Part shown: positions 1 to 8,513 of the stretch, in pieces
Layout of the letters: every line of letters begins with the position of its first letter
How positions within the stretch are numbered: the stretch's first letter is position 1
Position numbers and translations under genes: made by a program
Origin: a virus
IMG/VR virus record: IMGVR_UViG_3300042965_000128
Coordinates: 7,234-71,233 of that record
Length of the DNA stretch: 64,000 nucleotides
Strand: one strand, 5' to 3'
The notes under the pieces: generated by a model
The model's input: the letters and a program-made list of their open reading frames with translations, nothing else
Told to the model about the DNA's origin: nothing
Databases searched by the model: none

Positions 1-28
1 GAGGAATCTGGTTGCCCCTCATAATGAT

Positions 29-652
29 GTGCTGAAGCGTTGTTTTTTGAGTTCCTTCGGTGAGGTTTGCTCAAAGCTTATAGAAGATGCGCTGGAAGGG
101 AGAGGGGTGAAGGATGTTGAATGTGTGGATGTAACTGAATTTTTGAAAGATGTGATTCTGGAGTGGATTAAGTGGTATATTTCGGAGTGTATTTTGGAGA
201 GGATAGGAGTTGTGAAGGGCAAGAAGTTTGAAATGGTGGATGTATCCGTGATTGATAAGCTGGTTGATTTGTTTCCTTATTTGTCGGAGTTTTTGATAAG
301 GTTCAAGGAGATGGCAAGGGTTGGTTCATTAAGAAGCTTCAGGATTGTAAGTGTTAACTATGATGGGAAGGTGGTAATGAAGGCAATAGTTTTAGCGGGT
401 GGTGAGGAAAAATCATACGGTGATTTTTTTGGATTTTTAACACCTGTAATTGAGAGCGTTCAGGAGGATGAGTGGTGGAGTGGCTGTAGTTATGTTGCTG
501 CTTATTATGAGCAACTGATCGATCAGATTGTAAAGAATTCTTATGATGAGGGGAGGCTGATACAGTTCTTTGATGTGCTCAAGGTTCATATTGATGAGCG
601 CATAGAGAATTTGAAGAGGATTTTGTGTTCGGGTTTTGAGGTTGTAAAATGA
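29..652 (+). CDS. hypothetical protein (early region; start uncertain at window edge)
   Basis: 207-aa ORF on the coding strand; carries LIEDALEG, similar to the tag in downstream early ORFs. Confidence 0.6.
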   Translation: MLKRCFLSSFGEVCSKLIEDALEGRGVKDVECVDVTEFLKDVILEWIKWYISECILERIGVVKGKKFEMVDVSVIDKLVDLFPYLSEFLIRFKEMARVGSLRSFRIVSVNYDGKVVMKAIVLAGGEEKSYGDFFGFLTPVIESVQEDEWWSGCSYVAAYYEQLIDQIVKNSYDEGRLIQFFDVLKVHIDERIENLKRILCSGFEVVK

Positions 653-715
653 GGTTTAGCTGCTTTGAAGTTGCTGAAGGGGTGTGTGGAGTTAAGGTCA
701 GGTTTACAAAATTAC

Positions 716-744
716 TTGACAAAGGTTTAGTTTTATGGTATAAT
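716..744 (+). promoter_or_regulatory. consensus sigma70 promoter with extended -10
   Basis: TTGACA (716-721), 17-nt spacer, TG-G-TATAAT (739-744); RBS AAGGAGGTG at 772-780. Confidence 0.9.
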
Positions 745-782
745 ATACGCATGAAAGTAAAAATAAAAAACAAGGAGGTGCA

Positions 783-1817
783 GTGATGACGGAAGTAGGG
801 AGAAAAAATTATGGCCCGACCGTTACGGTCGGACAGGCGAAGAGGATTTTAGGCTCCCTGCTAAGCAAGGAGCCCAGGGAGGTTCCCTCTGTGTTTTTAT
901 GGGGACCTCCGGGTATAGGAAAGTCGTCTCTTGTAAAACAGGTTGCTGAAGAAAAGGGAATCGGGATAATAGACCTTAGGCTTTCACTTCTTGACGCCAT
1001 TGATTTGAGGGGGATTCCCTCTGTTAAAGATGACAAATGCTTCTGGACAAGACCTCCGTTCCTTCCAGCTGAGGGAAAAGGAATTTTATTTCTTGATGAA
1101 CTTAACACAGCTTCCCCATCGGTTCAGAACAGCGCCTTACAGCTTGTGCTGGACAGAAGGGTAGGGGAGCATAAGCTTGGTGATGGATGGTATATTGTAG
1201 CAGCGGGAAATAGGAGAGAGGATAGCTCCCTCGTCTTTCAGCTCGCAGATCCACTTCTTTCGAGGTTTGTTCATTTAGAGGTTAATGTCAATGTGGATGA
1301 GTGGCTGAGTTGGGCGATTAGGAATGAGATTGACGAAAGGGTTGTTGGTTTTATTAAATTCCGTCCTGAGCTATTGCTCAGGGTGGAGTCAGGGAAGAGA
1401 CAGAGCATTAACTTCCCATGCCCGCGGGCATGGGAGTTTTGTTCAAAGTTAATATCAAGCGGAGTTGACCCGGTTATGGCGGCGGAGAGTTCGGTTGGTT
1501 TAGGTGCTGCGGCAGAGTTTGCGGGTTATATTGAGGTTTATTCAAAGCTTCCTCCAGTTGAAAAGGTTTTGAGTGGGGAGGTGGAATTTCCGCAGGAGTT
1601 GGAGCCGAGCGCAATATGTGCGCTTGGCGCATCCTTGGTGTCGCACGCAAAGAGTCAAAAGGATGTTGATAGGATACTGGAGATTGTGTTATCCTTTAAG
1701 AGAAGAGAGTTCGGAGTGTATATTTTGAAGCTTCTATATGCCAAAGACAAGGAGAAGGCCAAGAAGAGTTCGAAGTGGGATACTGTCGCTAAGCGCTATT
1801 TGGAGGTGATAATATGA
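783..1817 (+). CDS. MoxR/dynein-related AAA+ ATPase
   Basis: Walker A GPPGIGKS, Walker B ILFLDE, sensor AAGN, LLSRF arginine finger, PRAW; adjacent VWA partner. Confidence 0.9.
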   Translation: MMTEVGRKNYGPTVTVGQAKRILGSLLSKEPREVPSVFLWGPPGIGKSSLVKQVAEEKGIGIIDLRLSLLDAIDLRGIPSVKDDKCFWTRPPFLPAEGKGILFLDELNTASPSVQNSALQLVLDRRVGEHKLGDGWYIVAAGNRREDSSLVFQLADPLLSRFVHLEVNVNVDEWLSWAIRNEIDERVVGFIKFRPELLLRVESGKRQSINFPCPRAWEFCSKLISSGVDPVMAAESSVGLGAAAEFAGYIEVYSKLPPVEKVLSGEVEFPQELEPSAICALGASLVSHAKSQKDVDRILEIVLSFKRREFGVYILKLLYAKDKEKAKKSSKWDTVAKRYLEVII

Positions 1818-3226
1818 AAAAGGTTGGGAGAATATGTATTGAAAAAGCGATATCAAATCTCCTTCTGGATTCACCCTTTTTCGGAAGCTTGATTTTGGAA
1901 GCGGAGCTGAAGGAGACTGAGGAAGTTCCTACGGCGGCGGTTGACGGAAGGGGAAAAATCTTTGTCAATCCGAGATATGTAGAGAGGCTTCAGGTTTCGG
2001 AAGTTCAGGGTTTGCTGGCGCATGAGGCTTTACATCTTGCTCTTTTGCACTTCGTGAGAGAGAGTGGTAGAGATAAGCGGAGGTGGAATATAGCAGCCGA
2101 TTTGGCGGTCAATTCGATATTGGCGGAGAAGCGTTTCGCATTGCCGCCGGGAGGGATTTTCCCGCGGGATTTCGGATTTGAGGATGGTTTAAGCGCTGAA
2201 GAATATTATCGTCTGCTTGAGAAGTTACCACCGCCTCCACAGCCTCCTCCGGGTGGTGAGGGTGAAGAAGAAGGTGAGGGTGGTAATGGTGGTGGAGGTA
2301 GGAGGAGGAGTGAGGGGTTTGATGAGCACAGGATTCCTCCACGAGCGGGTTCTGGTAATGGAGGTGGAAAGGAGGATGGTTCGGAAGGTGGGCAATCGGG
2401 GAAGGATCCTCATCAGAAGGATGATAGTGGTGAGGGTAGAGATGTAGGAGAGAGACATGGTGAGGGTGGTAAGAAGGATGGGGGTAAGGGAGGAAATGAG
2501 CATGGTGATGGGGAGGATGGGAAAAAGGATAAGGATAGAGATGGAGTTCAGGCAGATAATGAGTATGAGGAAAGGGGACTTACGGAAGAAGATATCAGAA
2601 AAATTGAGGCTAAGTGGAAAAGGGCGGTTGCAAGGGCGATGTCGATTAGGAAGAGAGGGGAGCTTCCAGGTTGGTTTGAGCAGATGATTTGTGAGTTATT
2701 TGAACCAAAGCTGAACTGGAGGTTCATACTCAGAGAATTTATTGCGGACAATTGTGTGATATCTGGTGTGGATTGGACGAGAAGGGATAGGAGGTTCCAG
2801 GATGTGTATTTACCTTCACGGAGAGAGAAGGTAGTTAAGTTCGCAATAGCGGTTGACACTTCCGGTTCGATTTCGGATAAGGAGCTCGCGGCGTTTTTCT
2901 CGGAAGTGAATGCGATTTTAGGTTCAAATGGAGCATACGATATAATTTTGATACAGTGTGATGCGGATATTACGAGTGTGAAGGAAATTGCTTATCCAGA
3001 TACAATTGATTGGAGTGAGATCAGGATTGTTGGTAGAGGGGGAACGGATTTCAGGCCGGTGTTCAGGTATCTTGAGGACCATAATGACAATAGGCCGCTG
3101 GTGTATTTTACTGACCTTGAGGGTGTTTTTCCTGAGGCGACACAGCGTAAGGTTTTGTGGGTTGTGGTTGGTAGAAAGAAGGAGGTTCCCTTTGGTGAGG
3201 TGGTGGAACTGGAGGTGGAGTCATGA
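1814..3226 (+). CDS. HEXXH metallopeptidase-like domain + VWA domain protein (DUF2201-like)
   Basis: LAHEALH, WNIAAD, Gly/acidic low-complexity linker, MIDAS VDTSGS, GRGGTDF, YFTD; ATGA overlap with the ATPase. Confidence 0.9.
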   Translation: MKKVGRICIEKAISNLLLDSPFFGSLILEAELKETEEVPTAAVDGRGKIFVNPRYVERLQVSEVQGLLAHEALHLALLHFVRESGRDKRRWNIAADLAVNSILAEKRFALPPGGIFPRDFGFEDGLSAEEYYRLLEKLPPPPQPPPGGEGEEEGEGGNGGGGRRRSEGFDEHRIPPRAGSGNGGGKEDGSEGGQSGKDPHQKDDSGEGRDVGERHGEGGKKDGGKGGNEHGDGEDGKKDKDRDGVQADNEYEERGLTEEDIRKIEAKWKRAVARAMSIRKRGELPGWFEQMICELFEPKLNWRFILREFIADNCVISGVDWTRRDRRFQDVYLPSRREKVVKFAIAVDTSGSISDKELAAFFSEVNAILGSNGAYDIILIQCDADITSVKEIAYPDTIDWSEIRIVGRGGTDFRPVFRYLEDHNDNRPLVYFTDLEGVFPEATQRKVLWVVVGRKKEVPFGEVVELEVES

Positions 3227-3714
3227 GTGAGACCGTGAATGTGAAGAGATTTAGTTTTCCTATTTTGAGTTTGCGGGATTCGGATCTGGTTATATCAGTT
3301 TTAGCGGAATGGGTGATTTTGCGGTTGGAGGAGCTTGTATTCTCAGAGAGGTTAAGTTTTAGTTTTCGGGAGGGGTCTGTGTGTTACGAGGTTAGTAAGA
3401 GGGAATATTATGCGTCTATAGAATATGTGGTTGAGGTGGATGGCAGGAAGGAATTGTGGATTAAAATGGAGAAGGGGAAGGAGAGGGTGAGCAATTTTAT
3501 ATTAGGGGAGGGAGGGATAGGCCTTTTGCCGTTTGATGAGGTGGTTTCGAGGATTGAGGCGATGTTGAATAAGATTTCGGAAGCTGTGATTGCAGCTGAT
3601 GAGGAAATGGGGCGTGTGAGGGAGGTGCTTGCGGGGGATTCTCGTTTCAAGGATGCTTTTAGTAGGGTATTTGAAAAAAGATTAGGGGTGATGAATGAAG
3701 AAGGGAGAAGTTAA
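3223..3714 (+). CDS. early paralog family A, hypothetical
   Basis: ATGA coupling; shares F.FPI.SL and FDEVVS...D.RF with the 3695 and 4161 ORFs. Confidence 0.75.
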   Translation: MSETVNVKRFSFPILSLRDSDLVISVLAEWVILRLEELVFSERLSFSFREGSVCYEVSKREYYASIEYVVEVDGRKELWIKMEKGKERVSNFILGEGGIGLLPFDEVVSRIEAMLNKISEAVIAADEEMGRVREVLAGDSRFKDAFSRVFEKRLGVMNEEGRS

Positions 3715-4192
3715 GAAGGGAGAGGTCAGGAAATTTAGGTTCCCGATCGGCAGTCTGAGCAATGCAGGATTGGTGATGGATGTGTTAGCGGGATGGTTTG
3801 TTGAGACGCTGGAAAGGTTGTGTGAGGGGAAGTTTGCATTTGTTTGTTTTGAGGACGGTGTATCTTCGAAGTGGTATGTCAGGAGCAATCGAAATTTAGT
3901 TCACAGGGTTTATGAGTATGAAGTTATATGTGATGGTGACAGGTGGGTGGTGGTAGTATTGAGTGAGAAGGGTGATTGTAAGGAGTTTTATATTAGGGGT
4001 AAGAAAGTGATGGAGATGGAATTTGAGGAGGTGGTTTCGCAGGTTGAGAGTATACTGGGTGTGATTCGTGAGGCAGTTGAGGTGAGGGAGAAGGAGTCCG
4101 AGCGTGTTGGTAAGATTCTTTCGGAGGATGAACGTTTTGCAGATATATTAAGGAGAATATTTGAGTGCAGGTTGGGGGGTAACGATGGTTAG
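3695..4192 (+). CDS. early paralog family A, hypothetical
   Basis: FRFPIGSL...FEEVVSQVE...EKESERV...EDERFAD. Confidence 0.75.
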   Translation: MKKGEVKKGEVRKFRFPIGSLSNAGLVMDVLAGWFVETLERLCEGKFAFVCFEDGVSSKWYVRSNRNLVHRVYEYEVICDGDRWVVVVLSEKGDCKEFYIRGKKVMEMEFEEVVSQVESILGVIREAVEVREKESERVGKILSEDERFADILRRIFECRLGGNDG

Positions 4193-4667
4193 GAAAGGAG
4201 ATGAAGTTATGAAGCGGGATGATTATATGATATCGATTTCGTTATTGAAGGATAAGAATTTAATAGTCAGGATGTTGATGGAGCGTGTTTATTTAGCTGC
4301 TAAAAAGTTATTGACAAAGGAGATGCGGTTAGATTTTGTGGTGAAGGTGCGTGGTGGTTCGAAGGAGGCGCGTGTGCAGTTGAGTAGTTTGCGTCCGGGT
4401 CAATTGCAGCTGGTTATGACGATAGGTGATGATGTGTTGACTTTTTCGAGGAGTGAAGGTGGGATGAGTTTAGCCTTGAATAATAGGGATATTGAGTTGT
4501 ATACTTTTGATGAAGCGTTGGTGGTTGTGGACAGTGCGGTTGAGTTGCTTGAGGTTGCGCATGTTCTGGTTGAAAAGGAGTCGGAGCGTGTGAGGCGTAT
4601 TTTGTTTGAGGATGATCGGTTTGCTGGGGTTCGTGATTTGCTTGTTTCTGAAAAGTTAGAGCGATGA
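4185..4667 (+). CDS. early paralog family A, hypothetical (start moved from 4161 to ATG 4185; could be later)
   Basis: FDEALVVVD...EKESERVRRILFEDDRFAG matches the 3695 ORF. Confidence 0.7.
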   Translation: MVRKGDEVMKRDDYMISISLLKDKNLIVRMLMERVYLAAKKLLTKEMRLDFVVKVRGGSKEARVQLSSLRPGQLQLVMTIGDDVLTFSRSEGGMSLALNNRDIELYTFDEALVVVDSAVELLEVAHVLVEKESERVRRILFEDDRFAGVRDLLVSEKLER

Positions 4668-5110
4668 GGGCGCTGGTAGGAGAGAGTATGGCTCATAAGG
4701 TGAGTGATGGAGGGTTGGTTAATGTGATTGAGGAGCTTGTGGTTGAGGCGAGGTTGGGTGATATGAGTATGGGTTGGGTATTTGAGCAGTTATTTGGGAG
4801 GGAATTTGAGGTGAGGAGAAGGTTTACGCTGGATGACTTGCGTTTGGCATTTCCTCTGCTTTATGGTTGTGCTGTTTGGAAGCCCGTACTGGGAGATATG
4901 GTATCTTCTCCGGAGCTTGTATGTGTGTTTTATAATGAATACAGGGATGTGCTGGATTTGGTTTTTCTGGATGGGAGGAGGTATTTTGTAGGTGAGGTGG
5001 TATTTCCTGTTGACCTGGATGGGTTTGTGCATCTGTGTCGGGAGTTTTTAAAGTTTATAGAATGTGTGGGAAATGAGTCTGTGGAATCTGGAGGGTTGAA
5101 ATGCTGTTGA
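4664..5110 (+). CDS. early paralog family B, hypothetical
   Basis: LVVEARLG...WVFEQLF...LDDLR..FP.L...FP....F...C.EF shared with the 5228 and 7189 ORFs. Confidence 0.75.
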   Translation: MRALVGESMAHKVSDGGLVNVIEELVVEARLGDMSMGWVFEQLFGREFEVRRRFTLDDLRLAFPLLYGCAVWKPVLGDMVSSPELVCVFYNEYRDVLDLVFLDGRRYFVGEVVFPVDLDGFVHLCREFLKFIECVGNESVESGGLKCC

Positions 5111-5227
5111 GAAGGAATTTGGTTATGGTTTTTGATGCTGGTAATATGGTTTTGATGTTTCTGCATGGTAGAATTTTTTTGATCAGGATTAAGGAGGGAT
5201 TATGGAAGTTTCAAAAGGAGGTGTGAT

Positions 5228-5650
5228 ATGGGTGTATTGCCACAGAGGTTGAGGGATAAGCTGGAGAGGCTATTGGTTGAGGCGAGGCTTGAGGGACTCG
5301 ATTTTAAGTGGGTTTTTGGTCAGCTTTTCAGGATGGGGTTCGATCTTGCATGTGATCTTCGGTTGAGTGATTTGAAGAATTATTATCCTTTTTTGTGGAG
5401 AAATCTCAAGCCTGAAGGGTTCAGGTTGCCGGTTTTTATTGATGAGCCTCGGTGGAGGGCCCGGCTTGATAACGTGGTGTATGATCGTGTGAGTGGGGAT
5501 TGGTATTTGAATGTTATTATTGAATACAGGAGATATAAGATGAGGTTAGATTTTCCACGTGAAGAATCTGAGTTTATGCGTGTATGTGAGGACTTTTACA
5601 GGTTGGTGATGGAGTGTAGTCGGGTAGGTAGTTGGGTGTTGCGGGGGTGA
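5228..5650 (+). CDS. early paralog family B, hypothetical
   Basis: RBS AGGAGGTG; LLVEARLEG...WVFGQLF...LSDLK..YP.L. Confidence 0.8.
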   Translation: MGVLPQRLRDKLERLLVEARLEGLDFKWVFGQLFRMGFDLACDLRLSDLKNYYPFLWRNLKPEGFRLPVFIDEPRWRARLDNVVYDRVSGDWYLNVIIEYRRYKMRLDFPREESEFMRVCEDFYRLVMECSRVGSWVLRG

Positions 5651-5651
5651 G

Positions 5652-6062
5652 ATGCGGGATGTGATTTTGAGTCTGGAGATGGATCTGGAGAGGGTGAGAG
5701 GTGCGGGTAATTTGTTGTGTTTGGTTGATCGGAGGGATGTGTGTGTTTTTTTGATTGATGAGGATGGTAGGTTTGTGCACGATGTGTTGAATTTCCGGTT
5801 TGATTTTGAGGTGCCTGTCCTCGTCAGGGTTTGGTTTTATTCCTCTACGGAGGGTGAGTTTGAGGTGCGGTTAGGGAATGGTTTGTTGCATGGTATGTTG
5901 AGTGGTGAGCGGCTGGAGGTGATTAAGCGGATAGTTGGTTCGGCGTGTGGTGATTGGGAGAGGGAGCTGGCGCGTATTCGTGAGTATGTTGTGAGTTCGG
6001 GTCGGCTGGATGGGGCGTTGAAGTGTGTATTTGAAGGGGTGCTTGAGCGGAGTGTGGAATGA
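5652..6062 (+). CDS. hypothetical early protein
   Basis: tight gene packing; C-terminus VFEGVLER resembles family A ends. Confidence 0.65.
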   Translation: MRDVILSLEMDLERVRGAGNLLCLVDRRDVCVFLIDEDGRFVHDVLNFRFDFEVPVLVRVWFYSSTEGEFEVRLGNGLLHGMLSGERLEVIKRIVGSACGDWERELARIREYVVSSGRLDGALKCVFEGVLERSVE

Positions 6063-6574
6063 TTAATGAGTATAAGGTCAGAGTGTTGTTTGATTTACCG
6101 CATGATATCAGGCGTGTGGTGGATGCGTATGTTTTGCAGCGGTTGATGTTGCTTATTAGGAAGGGGAAGCCTGAGCGTTTCGATGATATTAAGATTGTGG
6201 GTTTTCCTGGTGAGATCATTGCGAATCTGGTGTTTAGTCTTGATGAGGGTAAGAGGGAGGGGTTGAGGCGTATTTTGTCGGGTGATTGTTTGGTTTTGGA
6301 GTATAGTGATGTTTTGAGCAGGCGTAAGGTGGATTTAGCATCGGTTGTTGATGAGGCGGATGAGTTATATGTTCGTATACTGGGTAGTGAGCCCTTGCGT
6401 TCGTTGTTTTGTCTGGTGAAGTATGAGGGAGGAAAGGATAGTATCCTCGCATTTTTTGAGCTCATTGATTTGTTTGTGCATGTGGTTAGTCTTGAGGCGT
6501 TCAAGTATAATCTTGACATAGTTGATTCGCTGGTTGCGGTTTTGTGTGGTCAGGATAAAGAGGTTCCAGTATGA
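6059..6574 (+). CDS. hypothetical early protein
   Basis: ATGA overlaps on both sides. Confidence 0.65.
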   Translation: MINEYKVRVLFDLPHDIRRVVDAYVLQRLMLLIRKGKPERFDDIKIVGFPGEIIANLVFSLDEGKREGLRRILSGDCLVLEYSDVLSRRKVDLASVVDEADELYVRILGSEPLRSLFCLVKYEGGKDSILAFFELIDLFVHVVSLEAFKYNLDIVDSLVAVLCGQDKEVPV

Positions 6575-7110
6575 AGGTATATGATGGGTACCTGATTCGT
6601 GATTTTCTTGAGGAGCTGACTGGTGATATTGAGCGGTATGTGAGTATAAGGCTCAGGGAACTTGATGATATTGTGAGGGGTAGGAAGAGGGGTTCGGTTG
6701 TGTTCACTGATGATCGATTGGGTGTGTTTGGTATGGAGAGGGTGTATGTGGAGTATGAGTATGCTGGTGGTTGTGGCGTGAGGTGGAAGGGGATGGCTTA
6801 TCCTTCTAACGTTGTGTGGGCGGTGACTGAAAGGCTTATTCAGGAGTTTGTGAAGGAGGAGGATAGGAAGGGGATAAATAATGTTATAGGCTTTTTGCTT
6901 TGGTGTGTTAATAATGGTCTGGAGCTGGGTAGAGTTTTAGGTATATATAGGGAGCGGATAGATTTATTTGTGTCGTTGGTGGCGGAGGCGCTTAGAGTGG
7001 AAGAAGAGGTAGTTGAGGGGTTGAGGCGTGAGTATGAGGAAACGGGTATGTGGAAGGAGGTTGCCTCAGCGAAGGTGGAAGAGGTGCTTGATAGGTCTGT
7101 GCGGGGATGA
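6571..7110 (+). CDS. hypothetical early protein
   Basis: ATGA overlap; C-terminus KVEEVLDR. Confidence 0.65.
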   Translation: MKVYDGYLIRDFLEELTGDIERYVSIRLRELDDIVRGRKRGSVVFTDDRLGVFGMERVYVEYEYAGGCGVRWKGMAYPSNVVWAVTERLIQEFVKEEDRKGINNVIGFLLWCVNNGLELGRVLGIYRERIDLFVSLVAEALRVEEEVVEGLRREYEETGMWKEVASAKVEEVLDRSVRG

Positions 7111-7113
7111 ATT

Positions 7114-7166
7114 CGTGCCGGATGAGTAGAGTTTTTCCTCCTTGTTTTGCTCGCTCATCCGGCACG
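7114..7166 (+). other. intergenic hairpin with anti-Shine-Dalgarno loop
   Basis: perfect 13-bp inverted repeat CGTGCCGGATGAG (7114-7126) / CTCATCCGGCACG (7154-7166); loop contains TTTTTCCTCCTTGTTTT. Confidence 0.8.
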
Positions 7167-7188
7167 TGAATATGATTAGGGTGCCGAT

Positions 7189-7608
7189 ATGAGTGTATTG
7201 CATGCGGGTAGGATTGTTAATCGTGTGAGGAGGTTGCTCGTTGAGGAAGTGCTTGAGTGTGATGGGAGCAATGTTTTTGCGAATGTGCTGGGGAGGGTGG
7301 TGCGACATGGGTTCAGGCTTAAAGATGGTTTATCGGTTGATGATTTGCGGAGTAGATATCCAGCGCTGCATGCGGCTGTATGTGATGACTTGTGTTCGTT
7401 GCCCGAGGGTGTGCAGTTGGTAGCGGTGGAGCGGGTGGAGGGATTTTTTGGTGTGTTGTGGTATTTTGTTTTTCTCGGTGAGGGTGTGCGTTATCATCTG
7501 CCGATGGTTTTGCCTTCTGATATGAAGCAATTTAGTGCGCTTGTGCTGGAATTTTTGCGATTTCGTGCGGATAACAGGAGGTTGAGGGGTAGTTGTGGAC
7601 AGCGGTGA
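7189..7608 (+). CDS. early paralog family B, hypothetical
   Basis: RLLVEEVLE...VDDLRSRYPAL...LPSDMKQF..L..EFLRF. Confidence 0.7.
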   Translation: MSVLHAGRIVNRVRRLLVEEVLECDGSNVFANVLGRVVRHGFRLKDGLSVDDLRSRYPALHAAVCDDLCSLPEGVQLVAVERVEGFFGVLWYFVFLGEGVRYHLPMVLPSDMKQFSALVLEFLRFRADNRRLRGSCGQR

Positions 7609-7634
7609 TGCTGGAGTGTCTGGGTTGGTAAGTT

Positions 7635-8177
7635 ATGTTGCATCTTGAGCAGGAGATAGATCGTATTATTTTTGAGGGATATCTGGAGGGGGACTATGTT
7701 GGGTTGGTCACGAGGTCGATTGTGGAGATGAGAAGGTATTTGAAGTTTGTTTATAAGATTATTCATGGTGAGGTTGTTGTGGAGATTGGTAAGGATACAT
7801 CTATGTATGAGGCGGTGATGGATGTAGCTGGTTGTCTGGAGGGGACATCTTTTGATGGTGTTTCTAAGAAAGCGTTGAATTATCTGAAAAGGGTTCGACG
7901 TGATCTGGATAAGGATCATGAAAAGATTTTGTATAGGTTGAAGCGGAGGTGGGTGTTAAGATGGCACTTTTTCTTTTTGCACGATAATGGTTATGTGAGT
8001 CTATCTTTCTGGTTATTGCCCGCGAGTAGTTTGATTAAGAGTTATTATTTGGGCAGTCAGCGGAAGCGGCATTTTGTGATCAGAAGCGGATTGATATCGT
8101 TGAGGCATAATGAGAAGGCTGTGCTGGATTCATTTATGCGGGTTGTGCGTGATTTGAATGAGCGTGGTTGGCAATGA
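7635..8177 (+). CDS. hypothetical early protein
   Basis: 180-aa ORF; N-terminal RIIFEGYLEG tag. Confidence 0.65.
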   Translation: MLHLEQEIDRIIFEGYLEGDYVGLVTRSIVEMRRYLKFVYKIIHGEVVVEIGKDTSMYEAVMDVAGCLEGTSFDGVSKKALNYLKRVRRDLDKDHEKILYRLKRRWVLRWHFFFLHDNGYVSLSFWLLPASSLIKSYYLGSQRKRHFVIRSGLISLRHNEKAVLDSFMRVVRDLNERGWQ

Positions 8178-8338
8178 ATACTGGGTGGACTGGGATTGAG
8201 GGTTTCAATGCTATATTTGTGGGGATGCCGGGACGGTATTTTGTAAGGGAGTGGGGTGAAGGCAGGTTGAATGTGAGCTGGTTGGAACGGATAGCTGGAT
8301 ATTATAGTGGTTGTAATGCTTGTTTCCTCGAAGTTTAA
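8174..8338 (+). CDS. possible 54-aa ORF (not in the ORF track)
   Basis: ATGA overlap with the upstream stop; MNTGWTG...CFLEV. Confidence 0.35.
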   Translation: MNTGWTGIEGFNAIFVGMPGRYFVREWGEGRLNVSWLERIAGYYSGCNACFLEV

Positions 8339-8513
8339 TTAGGGTTTGAGGTGGAGTTGATTTCTGAGGTGCAGTGAGGTGACGACTCGTGTGGTTTGTT
8401 GTTGCTTCGGTTGCTTAATTTTAGAAAGTGGATAATGCTTGATTAAATTTTTTGAATTGGTTAAATTTTCGAAAGGAAAGGTGATAAGTTGAAGCAAACT
8501 TGATGGGATTGGT

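Noticed and set aside
783-6574. Shared C-terminal E-V ending (YLEVII, ELEVES, KEVPV)
   Set aside because: Explained by the overlapping GAGGT(G) RBS of the next gene, not a protein motif.
7114-7166. Rho-independent terminator
   Set aside because: The loop is large and no U-tract follows the stem on either strand; reported instead as an anti-SD hairpin.
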